DNA from: an uncultured Bacilli bacterium | Lineage (GTDB): Bacteria; Bacillota_I; Bacilli_A; RF39; UBA660 | NCBI GenBank assembly: GCA_934122275.1 | Contig: CAKOWI010000004.1 | Location: 12,830-76,829, forward strand | DNA length: 64,000 nt | Direction: 5' to 3' | Shown here: piece after piece, positions 10,189 through 19,537 of the stretch | Position numbering within the stretch: position 1 is the first letter of the stretch | Layout of the letters: each line of letters begins with the position of its first letter | Notes under the pieces: generated by a model | Seen by the model: the letters and a program-made list of their open reading frames with translations, nothing else | The model's database searches: none | Told to the model about the DNA's origin: nothing | Made by a program: the position numbers and the translations under genes

Positions 10189-12768
10189 CTATTTAGTCTC
10201 AAGCCAGTTATTGCCAGTTTCTACATCAACTTTTAGTGGAACATCTAGCTTATAAGCATTATCCATGCATCTAGTAACTATTTCTGATACCTTTTTTATT
10301 TCATCTTTTAAAACATTAAATATAAGCTCATCATGTACCTGAAGAAGCATCTTACTTTTTAAGTTATTATTATCAAATTCATTTTGAATATCAATCATTG
10401 CTTTCTTTAAAATATCAGCACTAGATCCTTGAATAGGCGTATTAAGAGCCATTCTTTCACCCTGATTTCTAATCATGTAATTAGTATTTTTTAGTTCATC
10501 TATCTTTCTTTTTCTGTTCATTATAGTAGTTACATAGCCCTTTTCATAAGCTTCTTTTATTACATTATCCATATAAACTTTAGTACCACTATAAGTTTCA
10601 AAATATTTATTAATAAATTCCTTTGCTTCTTTTACACTAATTCCTAAATCTTCAGCTAATCCAAAACTACTTATACCATATAATATTCCAAAATTAACAG
10701 CTTTAGCTTGTCTTCTCATTAATTTTGTAACATCTTTTTCTTCAACTCCAAAAATATCCATTGCAGTTTTAGTATGAATATCCATATCATTATTAAATGC
10801 TTCTATCCAGTTGGGTACCTTTGAAAAGTGAGCGAATATACGCAGTTCAATTTGTGAATAATCACTTGATAGTAAGACAGAATTTTCTTCTGGAATAAAT
10901 GCTTTTCTAATTAAACTTCCATAAGAAGTTCTAATAGGAATATTTTGTAGATTAGGTTCTATCGATGATAATCTTCCTGTTCTAGTTAATGTTTGAGTAT
11001 ATATTGTATGAATTTTTCCATCTGGTAAAATACTATTTTTTAGACCTATTATATATGTACTTTGAAGTTTTGATAACATTCTATGTTCTAATATAAGAGG
11101 AACTATAGGACTTCTGCTTCTATATTTTTCAAGTGTTGCTTTATCTGTAGAATAACTATTCTTTGTTTTCTTAACATCAGCTATTTTTAATTTTTCAAAT
11201 AAAATTTCACCCAATTGTTTAGGAGATGAGATATTAAATTCTTCGCCGCAAATATCGTATATTTGTTTTGATATATCATTTATTTTTTTATTTAGTTCTT
11301 CTTTCATTTCATCTAATACGTTTTTATCTACTCTTATACCCTCATATTCCATTTTTCCTAAAACATATGATAATTTCATTTCTATTTCATTAAACAAATA
11401 TGTACAATCTTCTTTTTCCATTTCTTCTTGCAATGTATTTTTAGTTTCATATATAAACTTTGCTTTATTTACAACCATATTATTAATTATATTGTAATTT
11501 AATTCCTTAGCTTTACTAATTACTTCATAAAATGGTATATCATAACCAAATTCATTTGCTAAATATGCTATATCATCTTTAATATTATAATTTAGTAAAT
11601 ATGCCGCTATTGAAGTGTCAAAACTAACATTAGTAAGATTAGTATTTAAGTATTTTAAAGTAACATAATGCTTCTTTAAATCATAAGTGTATTTTTCTTT
11701 GTCGTTGATTAATTTAATAACATCACATATCATATCTTTGTTTACATAATAGGCATTTTTTCCGTCATAAATTCCCATTGATAATGGTTTTGATATATGA
11801 TAATTTGATTTGTCTAATTCTATATAAAATGCTAAAGGATAAGATAATTTTTCTAAATCATCTAGATTGGTTAATTCTTTAGCTTCTATGCTTTTGTTTT
11901 CCTTATTTACTTTCATGTTTTTCAAAAATGAGAAAAACTCTAATTCTTCATATTTAGATTTTAATTTATCTAAATTAGTATCTTTTATTTTCGTATCTTC
12001 TAAGTCAAAATCTAAAGGAACTTCTTTATATATAGTAGCTAAATCCTTACTATCAAATGCACTTTGTCTATTATTAATAAGTTTAGTCTTAACTGCGCCA
12101 CTTATCTTGTCTAAATTATCATATATTCCCTCTAATGAGCCATAATCCACTAATAGTTTAAGTGCTGTTTTTTTGCCTATTCCCTTTACTCCTGGTATGT
12201 TATCAGATGGATCACCTTGTAAGGCTTTAATGTCAACCATTTTTTCAGGTGTAAGATTATATGTTTCATAAAATGTATTTTTATTCATCATTATATAATC
12301 TTTAGTCTTTAATAATTTAACAATTACCTTATCTGTAATAAGCTGTAACAAATCTTTATCACTACTTATTATAAGACCATCATATAAATCATTTTCATCA
12401 ACTTTTTTAGACATTGTACCAATTATATCATCAGCCTCATAATTATCTATTTCAAACCATTTAATACCTAAAAGTTCAAGTATTTCTTTAGCTACTGGAA
12501 ACTGTAATTTTAACTCATTAGGCATCTGTATTCTACCAGCTTTATATTCTTTATACTTATCATGTCTAAATGTCTTTCCTTTATCAAATGCAACAAGCAT
12601 ATATTCTGGTTTTTCTTCTGATTTTATCTTATTAATCATGTTAATAAAACCATATAATGCATTAGTTGGAAACCCTTTACTATTTTTCATAAAGTTTCCT
12701 GAGTAAGCAGTTGCATAATAACTTCTAAAAAGCAGGTTATTACCATCTACTAATATTACTTTTTTCAT
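10189..12768 (-). CDS. polA: DNA polymerase I
   Basis: About 859 aa starting MKKVILVDGNNLLFRSYYA (5'-3' exonuclease domain). Polymerase motifs DYSQIELRI and QVHDELIF are present. Confidence 0.95.
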   Translation of the reverse strand: MKKVILVDGNNLLFRSYYATAYSGNFMKNSKGFPTNALYGFINMINKIKSEEKPEYMLVAFDKGKTFRHDKYKEYKAGRIQMPNELKLQFPVAKEILELLGIKWFEIDNYEADDIIGTMSKKVDENDLYDGLIISSDKDLLQLITDKVIVKLLKTKDYIMMNKNTFYETYNLTPEKMVDIKALQGDPSDNIPGVKGIGKKTALKLLVDYGSLEGIYDNLDKISGAVKTKLINNRQSAFDSKDLATIYKEVPLDFDLEDTKIKDTNLDKLKSKYEELEFFSFLKNMKVNKENKSIEAKELTNLDDLEKLSYPLAFYIELDKSNYHISKPLSMGIYDGKNAYYVNKDMICDVIKLINDKEKYTYDLKKHYVTLKYLNTNLTNVSFDTSIAAYLLNYNIKDDIAYLANEFGYDIPFYEVISKAKELNYNIINNMVVNKAKFIYETKNTLQEEMEKEDCTYLFNEIEMKLSYVLGKMEYEGIRVDKNVLDEMKEELNKKINDISKQIYDICGEEFNISSPKQLGEILFEKLKIADVKKTKNSYSTDKATLEKYRSRSPIVPLILEHRMLSKLQSTYIIGLKNSILPDGKIHTIYTQTLTRTGRLSSIEPNLQNIPIRTSYGSLIRKAFIPEENSVLLSSDYSQIELRIFAHFSKVPNWIEAFNNDMDIHTKTAMDIFGVEEKDVTKLMRRQAKAVNFGILYGISSFGLAEDLGISVKEAKEFINKYFETYSGTKVYMDNVIKEAYEKGYVTTIMNRKRKIDELKNTNYMIRNQGERMALNTPIQGSSADILKKAMIDIQNEFDNNNLKSKMLLQVHDELIFNVLKDEIKKVSEIVTRCMDNAYKLDVPLKVDVETGNNWLETK

Positions 12769-12828
12769 TCTTATCACCATTACCATTATAGCATGCTATT
12801 ATAAAAACTCTTTATATTAATTTAATTT

Positions 12829-13214
12829 TTAAGTAATAATATTGTTTAACCATGCTTCATAGTATGACAATTGTTCTTTCGTATGAAAGTAGTGTTCACC
12901 ATTTTCAAGTATACATAGTTTACATTTAAAATAATTAGAGAAATCTTTAATGGTACTTTCTTTTTGAATTTTATCTTTATTTCCATATAAAATATATGTT
13001 TCCTTATTCAAAGTAGTTATCTTATTACTTTTAACATATGAATAATAATCCCAATATATAGTTTGACCAAATGATGTTTTTATTTTTATTATATGCTTCT
13101 TTATTTTTTGGAGAGGAAGTTCATAAAAAAAATATATTTTGATATAGTAAGAACACTTTCTTTATCTTATTTGAATTCAAATAGTTTTTTATTACTAAAT
13201 ACTTATCCATATTT
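12829..13214 (-). pseudogene. Decayed remnant of an alpha/beta-hydrolase-like gene
   Basis: The 60-aa ORF (12829..13011) looks like a hydrolase C-terminus (...ILENGEHYFH...). The frame continues upstream without a start. A short MDKYLVIKNY... ORF in another frame ends in a homopolymer at about 13120. Confidence 0.3.
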
Positions 13215-13283
13215 TATTAACTCCACAAATTACTATTTATAAAGTAAGTAGTGATTATATACATACTTACAATTTTATATATT

Positions 13284-15833
13284 CTAATCTTTAAACCATT
13301 TCACTAGTAATGGCTTAATTAATTCGTAAATAAAAATTGCCATAAAGTTTATTGTAAATACTACTAATATCAAACTAATATTTATTGATGTTATACTTAT
13401 TAATTTTCTAACTGGTGTAATAAACACTATGAGTTCAATTAAAAGTACCAATAATAATCCGTAGTTCATTGCTTTATTAGAAAATAGACCTTGTTTAACA
13501 ACTGACCCTTTTAAATTTCTACAAGATATAGAATAAACTATCTCTTGAACTACCATTGAAAGAAGTGCTAAAGACTTAGCTATTTCTTGTCCATACATTT
13601 TTAAACTAATAAAGTAAGTAAGAACTACAAATATAGTTTCAATTATAGCTGAAGATGCGATACATGATTTTATAAATGGGGTAAATAATGGTTTATTAAT
13701 ACCTCTTGGCTTTTTATTCATTATGTCATCTTCGCTCTTTTCAAAAGATAAACATATACTAGGAATAGAATCAGTTACCAAATCAATAAATAAAATATAA
13801 ATTGGTAATAAAATGGTTGTTTTAGTAAGTAGTCCTATAATAATAGTAAATATTTCAGCAAAATTACTTGATAATGAAAATACAATATTATTTCTAATGT
13901 TATTATATATTCTTCTTCCTTCCTCAACTGCTACAACTATTGTTGAAAAAGAATCGTCCATTAAGACTATGTCTGATGCGGACTTTGTAACATCAGTACC
14001 AGTAATACCCATTCCAACACCAACATGAGCATCTTTAATAGCAGGAGCATCATTTACTCCATCTCCAGTCATTGCTACAATTTTTCCGCTATTTTGAAGT
14101 GCAAAAACAATTCTTTCTTTATGAACTGGATTTACTCTTGCATACACAGAATACCTTTTAACGATATTTTTTAGTTCTTTATCATTATATTTATCAAGTT
14201 CACTTCCAAGTATTGCTTCATCATCATTATCTATAATTCCAACATCTTTTGCAATAGCAGTTGCTGTATCTATAGAGTCCCCTGTAATCATGATAGGTCT
14301 AATACCTGCATTTTTACATAAAAGAACACTTTTCTTAACACTTTCTCTTGGTGGATCTATCATTCCTAAAATACCAGCAAAAAATAAATTATTTTCTTCT
14401 TTTTCTAACTCTTTAATATTTTTTGGCACATAGTCTAATTTTTTATAAGCAAATCCTAAAGTTCTTAAGGCTTTTTTAGAAAGATTCTTAACTTTATCTA
14501 AAACCTCTTGTTTTTCAGTCTTAGATAGATTTACTTTTTCAATTAAAGAGTCCATACTACCCTTGCACAAAATATATACATCATTATCAATTTTATTTAA
14601 AGTAGTAAACATCTTTCTATCACTATCAAAAGGTATATCTAATAGTCTTTCACATTTCTTCCTCAATTTAAGTGGGTCAATCTTTTTATTATATAGATAA
14701 TCATATAAACAAGTTTCTGTTGGATCTCCTATATATTTATCCTTATAAATAAGACCATCATTACAAAGAGCACATATATAATTAAGCTTTTTTTCATCTA
14801 TTACATATTCATCCTTAACAGTCATTTTATTTTGAGTTATAGTACCAGTCTTATCAGAACAAATAATATCAATTGCTCCAAGTGTTTCTACTGCTTGTAT
14901 TTGTTTTACTACTGTTTTCTTTTTGGCTAAATTAGATATTCCAACAGATAATGTTATTGTAATTACAGTTGGTAGTCCTTCAGGAATAGCTGCTACTGCT
15001 AGTGATGAACATAACATTATAATTTCTAATATTGTATATTTATTAATTAATGCCAAAATAAATATAAAAATTAAAACAATAAATACTATAAATGTTATTT
15101 TTTTAGAAAGTTCTTTTATTTTTAATTGTAATGGAGTTTCTATTCTATCAATTTCATTTAATGATGACGCAATTTTACCTATCTCAGTATTTTTTCCTGT
15201 ACTTATAACTATACCAGTACATTTTCCATTAGTAATGTTTGTTCCTAAAAATAACATATTTTTTTGTTCTTGAAGAATTAAGTTTTCTTTTAAAACATCT
15301 GAACTTTTTTGAACTGGAACACTTTCTCCAGTTAGTGCCGATTCATCTACTTTTAAACTTTCACATGAAAGTATTCTAATATCAGCAGGAACAGTTTCTC
15401 CGGATTCTAAATATATTATATCTCCCAGAACTAATTCTTTGGTGTTTATTACTATTATTTTGTCGTTCCTTTTAACTTTACAAGTGCTGGTTTCATATTT
15501 TTTTAAGTCTTTTAATATTAAAGCAGCTTTTTCTTCTTGTATAAATGAGGCAATAGCATTTATAAAAACTACAAAAAGAATAACAATAGTATCTGTATAT
15601 TCATGAGAATAAAAATATCCATAAAAATATAAAAGTAATGCAACTACTAATAATATGATAATCATAGTATCGTTAAATTGCTTTAAAAATCTTAAAATCC
15701 ATGGTGTTCTCTTTTTATTTAGAATGATATTTTGCCCATAATCATTTAATCTTTTCTTAACTTCTTTACTATCTAATCCATTGATATTACTATTTAAAGT
15801 TTTAAATATTTCTTCTTCTTTTTTAGAATACAC
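13284..15833 (-). CDS. P-type Ca2+-transporting ATPase (P2-type)
   Basis: 849 aa. Motifs LTGESVPV, CSDKTGTITQN, MTGDGVNDAPAIK, about 10 TM helices. Confidence 0.9.
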   Translation of the reverse strand: MYSKKEEEIFKTLNSNINGLDSKEVKKRLNDYGQNIILNKKRTPWILRFLKQFNDTMIIILLVVALLLYFYGYFYSHEYTDTIVILFVVFINAIASFIQEEKAALILKDLKKYETSTCKVKRNDKIIVINTKELVLGDIIYLESGETVPADIRILSCESLKVDESALTGESVPVQKSSDVLKENLILQEQKNMLFLGTNITNGKCTGIVISTGKNTEIGKIASSLNEIDRIETPLQLKIKELSKKITFIVFIVLIFIFILALINKYTILEIIMLCSSLAVAAIPEGLPTVITITLSVGISNLAKKKTVVKQIQAVETLGAIDIICSDKTGTITQNKMTVKDEYVIDEKKLNYICALCNDGLIYKDKYIGDPTETCLYDYLYNKKIDPLKLRKKCERLLDIPFDSDRKMFTTLNKIDNDVYILCKGSMDSLIEKVNLSKTEKQEVLDKVKNLSKKALRTLGFAYKKLDYVPKNIKELEKEENNLFFAGILGMIDPPRESVKKSVLLCKNAGIRPIMITGDSIDTATAIAKDVGIIDNDDEAILGSELDKYNDKELKNIVKRYSVYARVNPVHKERIVFALQNSGKIVAMTGDGVNDAPAIKDAHVGVGMGITGTDVTKSASDIVLMDDSFSTIVVAVEEGRRIYNNIRNNIVFSLSSNFAEIFTIIIGLLTKTTILLPIYILFIDLVTDSIPSICLSFEKSEDDIMNKKPRGINKPLFTPFIKSCIASSAIIETIFVVLTYFISLKMYGQEIAKSLALLSMVVQEIVYSISCRNLKGSVVKQGLFSNKAMNYGLLLVLLIELIVFITPVRKLISITSINISLILVVFTINFMAIFIYELIKPLLVKWFKD

Positions 15834-15890
15834 TTTTCTATCATCTCCATTTTACTATTTTGAAACTAATTACTAAATTGTAATTTGCAA

Positions 15891-16124
15891 TTACTTTTTA
15901 CCTATTCTTGTTAAAAAACGTGCTCCATATTCAATAGCTAAAACGAACAGATAAAATCCTAGCCATATAGCCAAACTTATTAATTTTACATCTGCTGTAT
16001 TTTCTGCTCCACTTCCATCGACTTTTCTAAAAAATAAAAATACACTAATACTTAAAAACAAGATAAACTGAATTACTTGAAACATTCTCCATTTTTTATT
16101 TTTCATTCTATATCTCTTCAACAA
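15891..16124 (-). CDS. Small membrane protein
   Basis: 77-aa ORF with two hydrophobic helices. Confidence 0.4.
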   Translation of the reverse strand: MLKRYRMKNKKWRMFQVIQFILFLSISVFLFFRKVDGSGAENTADVKLISLAIWLGFYLFVLAIEYGARFLTRIGKK

Positions 16125-16127
16125 ATA

Positions 16128-16352
16128 CTATTTTTCTTTTTCTTCATTATTTTTAGACATATATGCTACAGTCAAAACAATGCCAACAAGGTTGGATCCA
16201 ATAGATAATCCAAGTAGAATACCACTACTGAAATTACCAAAATCACTTGTTTCATTTCTACACAAATATATATATACTAAATATAACAAGTTTCCTAATA
16301 TAATTAATAATGTTCCTGTTTTTAACTTTTTCATAAAATACCTCACTTTCAT
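16128..16352 (-). CDS. Small membrane protein
   Basis: 74-aa ORF with two hydrophobic helices. Its ATG forms an ATGA overlap with the upstream frameshifted ORF. Confidence 0.4.
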   Translation of the reverse strand: MKVRYFMKKLKTGTLLIILGNLLYLVYIYLCRNETSDFGNFSSGILLGLSIGSNLVGIVLTVAYMSKNNEEKEK

Positions 16353-16530
16353 TTAAACTTCAAACATTTTTTAAGAACTTTTTTTAATACTAATATTGCT
16401 TTTGCAGAATTAGTTATAGACATTGTTACTAACTCATATCCATCTTCTAACATTTCATTTAATTTTTCTTCCACTTTTTTGCAATGATATCGGCTTTTGG
16501 AGCATATCCTATAACAACAGTTTTATACAT
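16349..16530 (-). pseudogene. Small ORF (about 60 aa) interrupted by a 1-nt frameshift in an A6 run
   Basis: MYKTVVIGYAPKADIIAKK then a stop. One extra A in the run at 16475-16480 would continue the frame as VEEKLNEMLEDGYELVTMSITNSAKAILVLKK...FK-stop, ending in an ATGA overlap with the next gene. Confidence 0.3.
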
Positions 16531-16637
16531 TTTTTTGCACCTCCATTTATCATTCTTGGTTTAATATCTCTGTATATATTATATCATATCAAAATGATTT
16601 AACCACATAAAAAATACTTAGAGTTTATTCTAAGTAT

Positions 16638-17153
16638 TTATACACTTCCAGTTATTATACTATTTAACGATCTTTTATATAGCTCTATAATACTAGCTTT
16701 TTTAACGTCTTTCTTTACAGTTAGCTCTACTTTACTAATTACTTTATTACCATCTTTTAATTTTAATATACCTACTGTTTCTCCCTTTTTTATTGGCAGT
16801 TTTAATTTATTTAATTCTATTTCATAGTTTAGAGCATTTTTTTCTTCACCCTTTTCTACTAATATGCTAACATCTTTTTTTGGTACTATTTTTACCACTT
16901 CATCTTTAGATTTTAGTACGTTCTTTTTTGATACTATTTCTCCTTTTTTTACCTCTACTTGCATCTCATAAGAGTTAAAGCCATAATCAAGTAAGGTCAT
17001 CATATTACTATTTCTTGTTTTACTATCACTAGCTCCCATTATAGTACCAATTAATCTCATGTCATTTTTATATGCAGTTGCTGTTAAGCAATATCCTGCT
17101 TCTTTAGTATATCCTGTTTTTAATCCATCTGCACCATCATAAGTTTTTATGAG
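16638..17153 (-). CDS. D-alanyl-D-alanine carboxypeptidase, 3' part of a split gene (KTG box plus C-terminal domain)
   Basis: The frame is open from 17174 with no start. It reads ...LIKTYDGADGLKTGYTKEAGYCLTATAYKNDMRLIGTIMGAS..., followed by the beta-rich PBP5-type C-terminal domain. Confidence 0.85.
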   Translation of the reverse strand, partial: LIKTYDGADGLKTGYTKEAGYCLTATAYKNDMRLIGTIMGASDSKTRNSNMMTLLDYGFNSYEMQVEVKKGEIVSKKNVLKSKDEVVKIVPKKDVSILVEKGEEKNALNYEIELNKLKLPIKKGETVGILKLKDGNKVISKVELTVKKDVKKASIIELYKRSLNSIITGSV

Positions 17154-17164
17154 TTTATTTGTAT
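17154..17164. repeat. Left copy of the 11-bp direct repeat (crossover region)
   Basis: tttatttgtat, identical to 21277..21287. Confidence 0.85.
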
Positions 17165-17172
17165 GTGAATAT

Positions 17173-17183
17173 TGCTATAGTAA
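17173..17183. repeat. Element-terminal inverted repeat, left
   Basis: tgctatagtaa is the exact reverse complement of ttactatagca at 21251..21261. Confidence 0.8.
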
Positions 17184-17258
17184 AAAGGTATCACTTCTTT
17201 AGAAAAGAATATCTTGATTTTAACATTAAATCAAACCAACAAACAAAGAAATTGTAAT

Positions 17259-17756
17259 TTATTGTTTTCCTTCCTCTTTTCTAACTTCGTTCATCATATC
17301 TTCTAATGCATTAAGGAAATCTCCGGTTATAACATATGGTCTGGTATATGCATCTAAAACTATACCAATACATTTTTCATTATTCCTAGCAAACTTTATA
17401 CAATCATCTAATGGTAAATTGATCCATGAAAAGTTTTTACTATATTCTTCTGTAGCTTCTTCAATACTAGAAAAAACTGGGAAAAACAAATTATCAGAAT
17501 CTGGTCCATTTTTTAACCAATCTGGTTTCATCTTCATAGAATTTTTTAATGATATATTATCACCAACTTTTGAAATTTTTAATGCTCCAATATCTTCTTT
17601 AGATATATTTAAATTCATTGGTACATATAAGTCTGAATCTATCATACATGCAAATAATGGACTAAGATTTTCTATTGTCTGGTTTTCTAAAAATCTATCT
17701 CTTAAAGCTCTTAATACTTTTCCATTTTTTAATGTCTCTTTATCTACTTTTACCAT
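17259..17756 (-). CDS. SseB-like family protein (element cargo)
   Basis: About 165 aa from the ATG preceded by aggagg. The pattern ...SDLYVPMN...LFFPVFSSIEEA...IGIVLDAY... resembles SseB N-terminal-domain proteins (recognised from memory). Confidence 0.45.
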   Translation of the reverse strand: MVKVDKETLKNGKVLRALRDRFLENQTIENLSPLFACMIDSDLYVPMNLNISKEDIGALKISKVGDNISLKNSMKMKPDWLKNGPDSDNLFFPVFSSIEEATEEYSKNFSWINLPLDDCIKFARNNEKCIGIVLDAYTRPYVITGDFLNALEDMMNEVRKEEGKQ

Positions 17757-17936
17757 AATGATCATCCTCCTATTTATTTCATTCAACTTTTTTAATTAAT
17801 AAACTACTATTTCTAATACATATAATTATATCACATAAAAATACTCAGAATTAATATTCCAAGCATTTTTTTATTAGATTTAACATTTTCTAATATTTAA
17901 AAAAAACAATGTAAATTATCACACTGTTTAATGCAA

Positions 17937-19382
17937 TTATTTTTTGAATTTATATTTAGTTGGAGCAGAATGTTCAATTAAATTTGAATCTAATAGTAAA
18001 GCAACTATTTCTGATGCCCTAGATTTTTTTACATTAAATATTTCAGCAACATCTTCCCTTTTAAAATCATATTGATAACTAAATTTATCAAACAATTTTT
18101 GAATTTTATCATGAGTATTTTTAGTCACATTTACTGGAAGATTCTTATGCAATCTAATAACAAAGTAATCTTCATCGCTAACAATATTTCCGCTCGTAAC
18201 CGGACTTTTTTCATTCGTAACCGGACTTTTATTTATATAATTTTTGTTTGGAAATATTACTTTAAATGAAGAAACATCAGAATTAAATATTGGTTTGACA
18301 TCATAATCGTTATATGATTCAACTATTCTAGTTAATCCACTTCCTCTACGTTCCATAAAATGTAACCTATTAAATATATCTGAGATAACCCTATTTCTTC
18401 TCATTGATGAAATTTTAGTTATATCTAAATTTTGAACAAAACTACCATCAATCATTCCACCAGGCGATGTTATTTCTAATCTATTATCATATATATCTAT
18501 ATGAATCTCAGAACCTACTATTTGATAATCCCTATGAATAATAGCATTAACAATAGCTTCACGGATTGCTCTAACCGGATAATCTTCTACTTCTATTCTT
18601 TTCATACCTTTTATTTTCCAGCCCATTCTAGAATGGTTTTTAATAAATATTTCAGCATTTTCTAAAAGTGAAATAATACTTCCATTATATTCTTTATCAT
18701 CAATGGCATCTCCATCAATAGAGCCCTTAACTAAGCCTTTCCACCTAGTACAAAATATTCTTGATTGAATTAATAGACCTTGATCTGATAAAAGCAAACC
18801 TGCATTTGTAACTTTTTTATCCTTCGTTATTAATTCTAATGATATATAATCCTTATCTTTATTTAACTCTTTTCCAGTTTCATTTTTTAGTGAAGCATTC
18901 AATAAAGTGAAACTTACATTGGAAACATCATACTTACTTGGTAATTCATCAAATGTTGTGTTCTGACCTTTTAAAATTAATCCATCCAATATATGTTTAG
19001 GAGCTGATATTGATTGATTTCCAGCTCTAACAAAAGCCTCTTTTCTTCCCTCACCATTATAATAATAAGGAGTTCTAGGTCCATCTCCTACTTTTACTTC
19101 CATAAAATCCTTATTATTTTCTTTAAAAGTTTTTAATTCATACCTTGGGAGCGGAGTTATTTTATCATTTATTAATTCAGATACTTTTTCTGAATCTTTA
19201 ACTATATCGTCCAAGCCAACTGGTTTTCTGTCCACATCTCTTATACCAAATAGTAATATTCCGCCATTTGAATTAGCAAATGCAGAAACTGATTTAAGCC
19301 AGCTTCTAGATTTATTATATTCAACTTTTTCTTTAAACTCTATATTGCTGCTTTCAACTTTTTCATAATCTTTTAATTGCAT
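17937..19382 (-). CDS. AlbA_2 (Schlafen-like) DNA-binding domain / HATPase_c_4 / winged-helix protein (element cargo)
   Basis: 481 aa. N-terminus ESSNIEFKEKV...LKSVSAFANSNGGILLFGIRD matches AlbA_2. The central region AIREAIVNAIIHRDY...HIDIYDNRLEITSPGG matches the RecG-like ATPase C-terminal domain. The C-terminal region is HTH-like. Confidence 0.7.
   Translation of the reverse strand: MQLKDYEKVESSNIEFKEKVEYNKSRSWLKSVSAFANSNGGILLFGIRDVDRKPVGLDDIVKDSEKVSELINDKITPLPRYELKTFKENNKDFMEVKVGDGPRTPYYYNGEGRKEAFVRAGNQSISAPKHILDGLILKGQNTTFDELPSKYDVSNVSFTLLNASLKNETGKELNKDKDYISLELITKDKKVTNAGLLLSDQGLLIQSRIFCTRWKGLVKGSIDGDAIDDKEYNGSIISLLENAEIFIKNHSRMGWKIKGMKRIEVEDYPVRAIREAIVNAIIHRDYQIVGSEIHIDIYDNRLEITSPGGMIDGSFVQNLDITKISSMRRNRVISDIFNRLHFMERRGSGLTRIVESYNDYDVKPIFNSDVSSFKVIFPNKNYINKSPVTNEKSPVTSGNIVSDEDYFVIRLHKNLPVNVTKNTHDKIQKLFDKFSYQYDFKREDVAEIFNVKKSRASEIVALLLDSNLIEHSAPTKYKFKK
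18194..18230. repeat. In-frame 21-bp tandem duplication inside the AlbA_2 gene
   Basis: tcgtaaccggactttt occurs at 18194-18209 and 18215-18230. It encodes KSPVTNE/KSPVTSG. Confidence 0.8.
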
Positions 19383-19537
19383 ATGATACCTCCATCGGCA
19401 TTATTTATTATACTCAGTTTTTTAACTTCTTTTGTCGATATATGTTTAATTAATTAAATTACCATACAAAACTGGATTTTTCTACAAATAACAGCAAAAA
19501 AATCCAATTCCAACCGGACTTTTTTAGATAATGATTA

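Noticed and set aside
12829-13011. 60-aa ORF considered as an intact small gene.
   Set aside because: The reading frame continues upstream without a start codon. It resembles only the C-terminal end of a hydrolase, so it is treated as part of a decayed gene.
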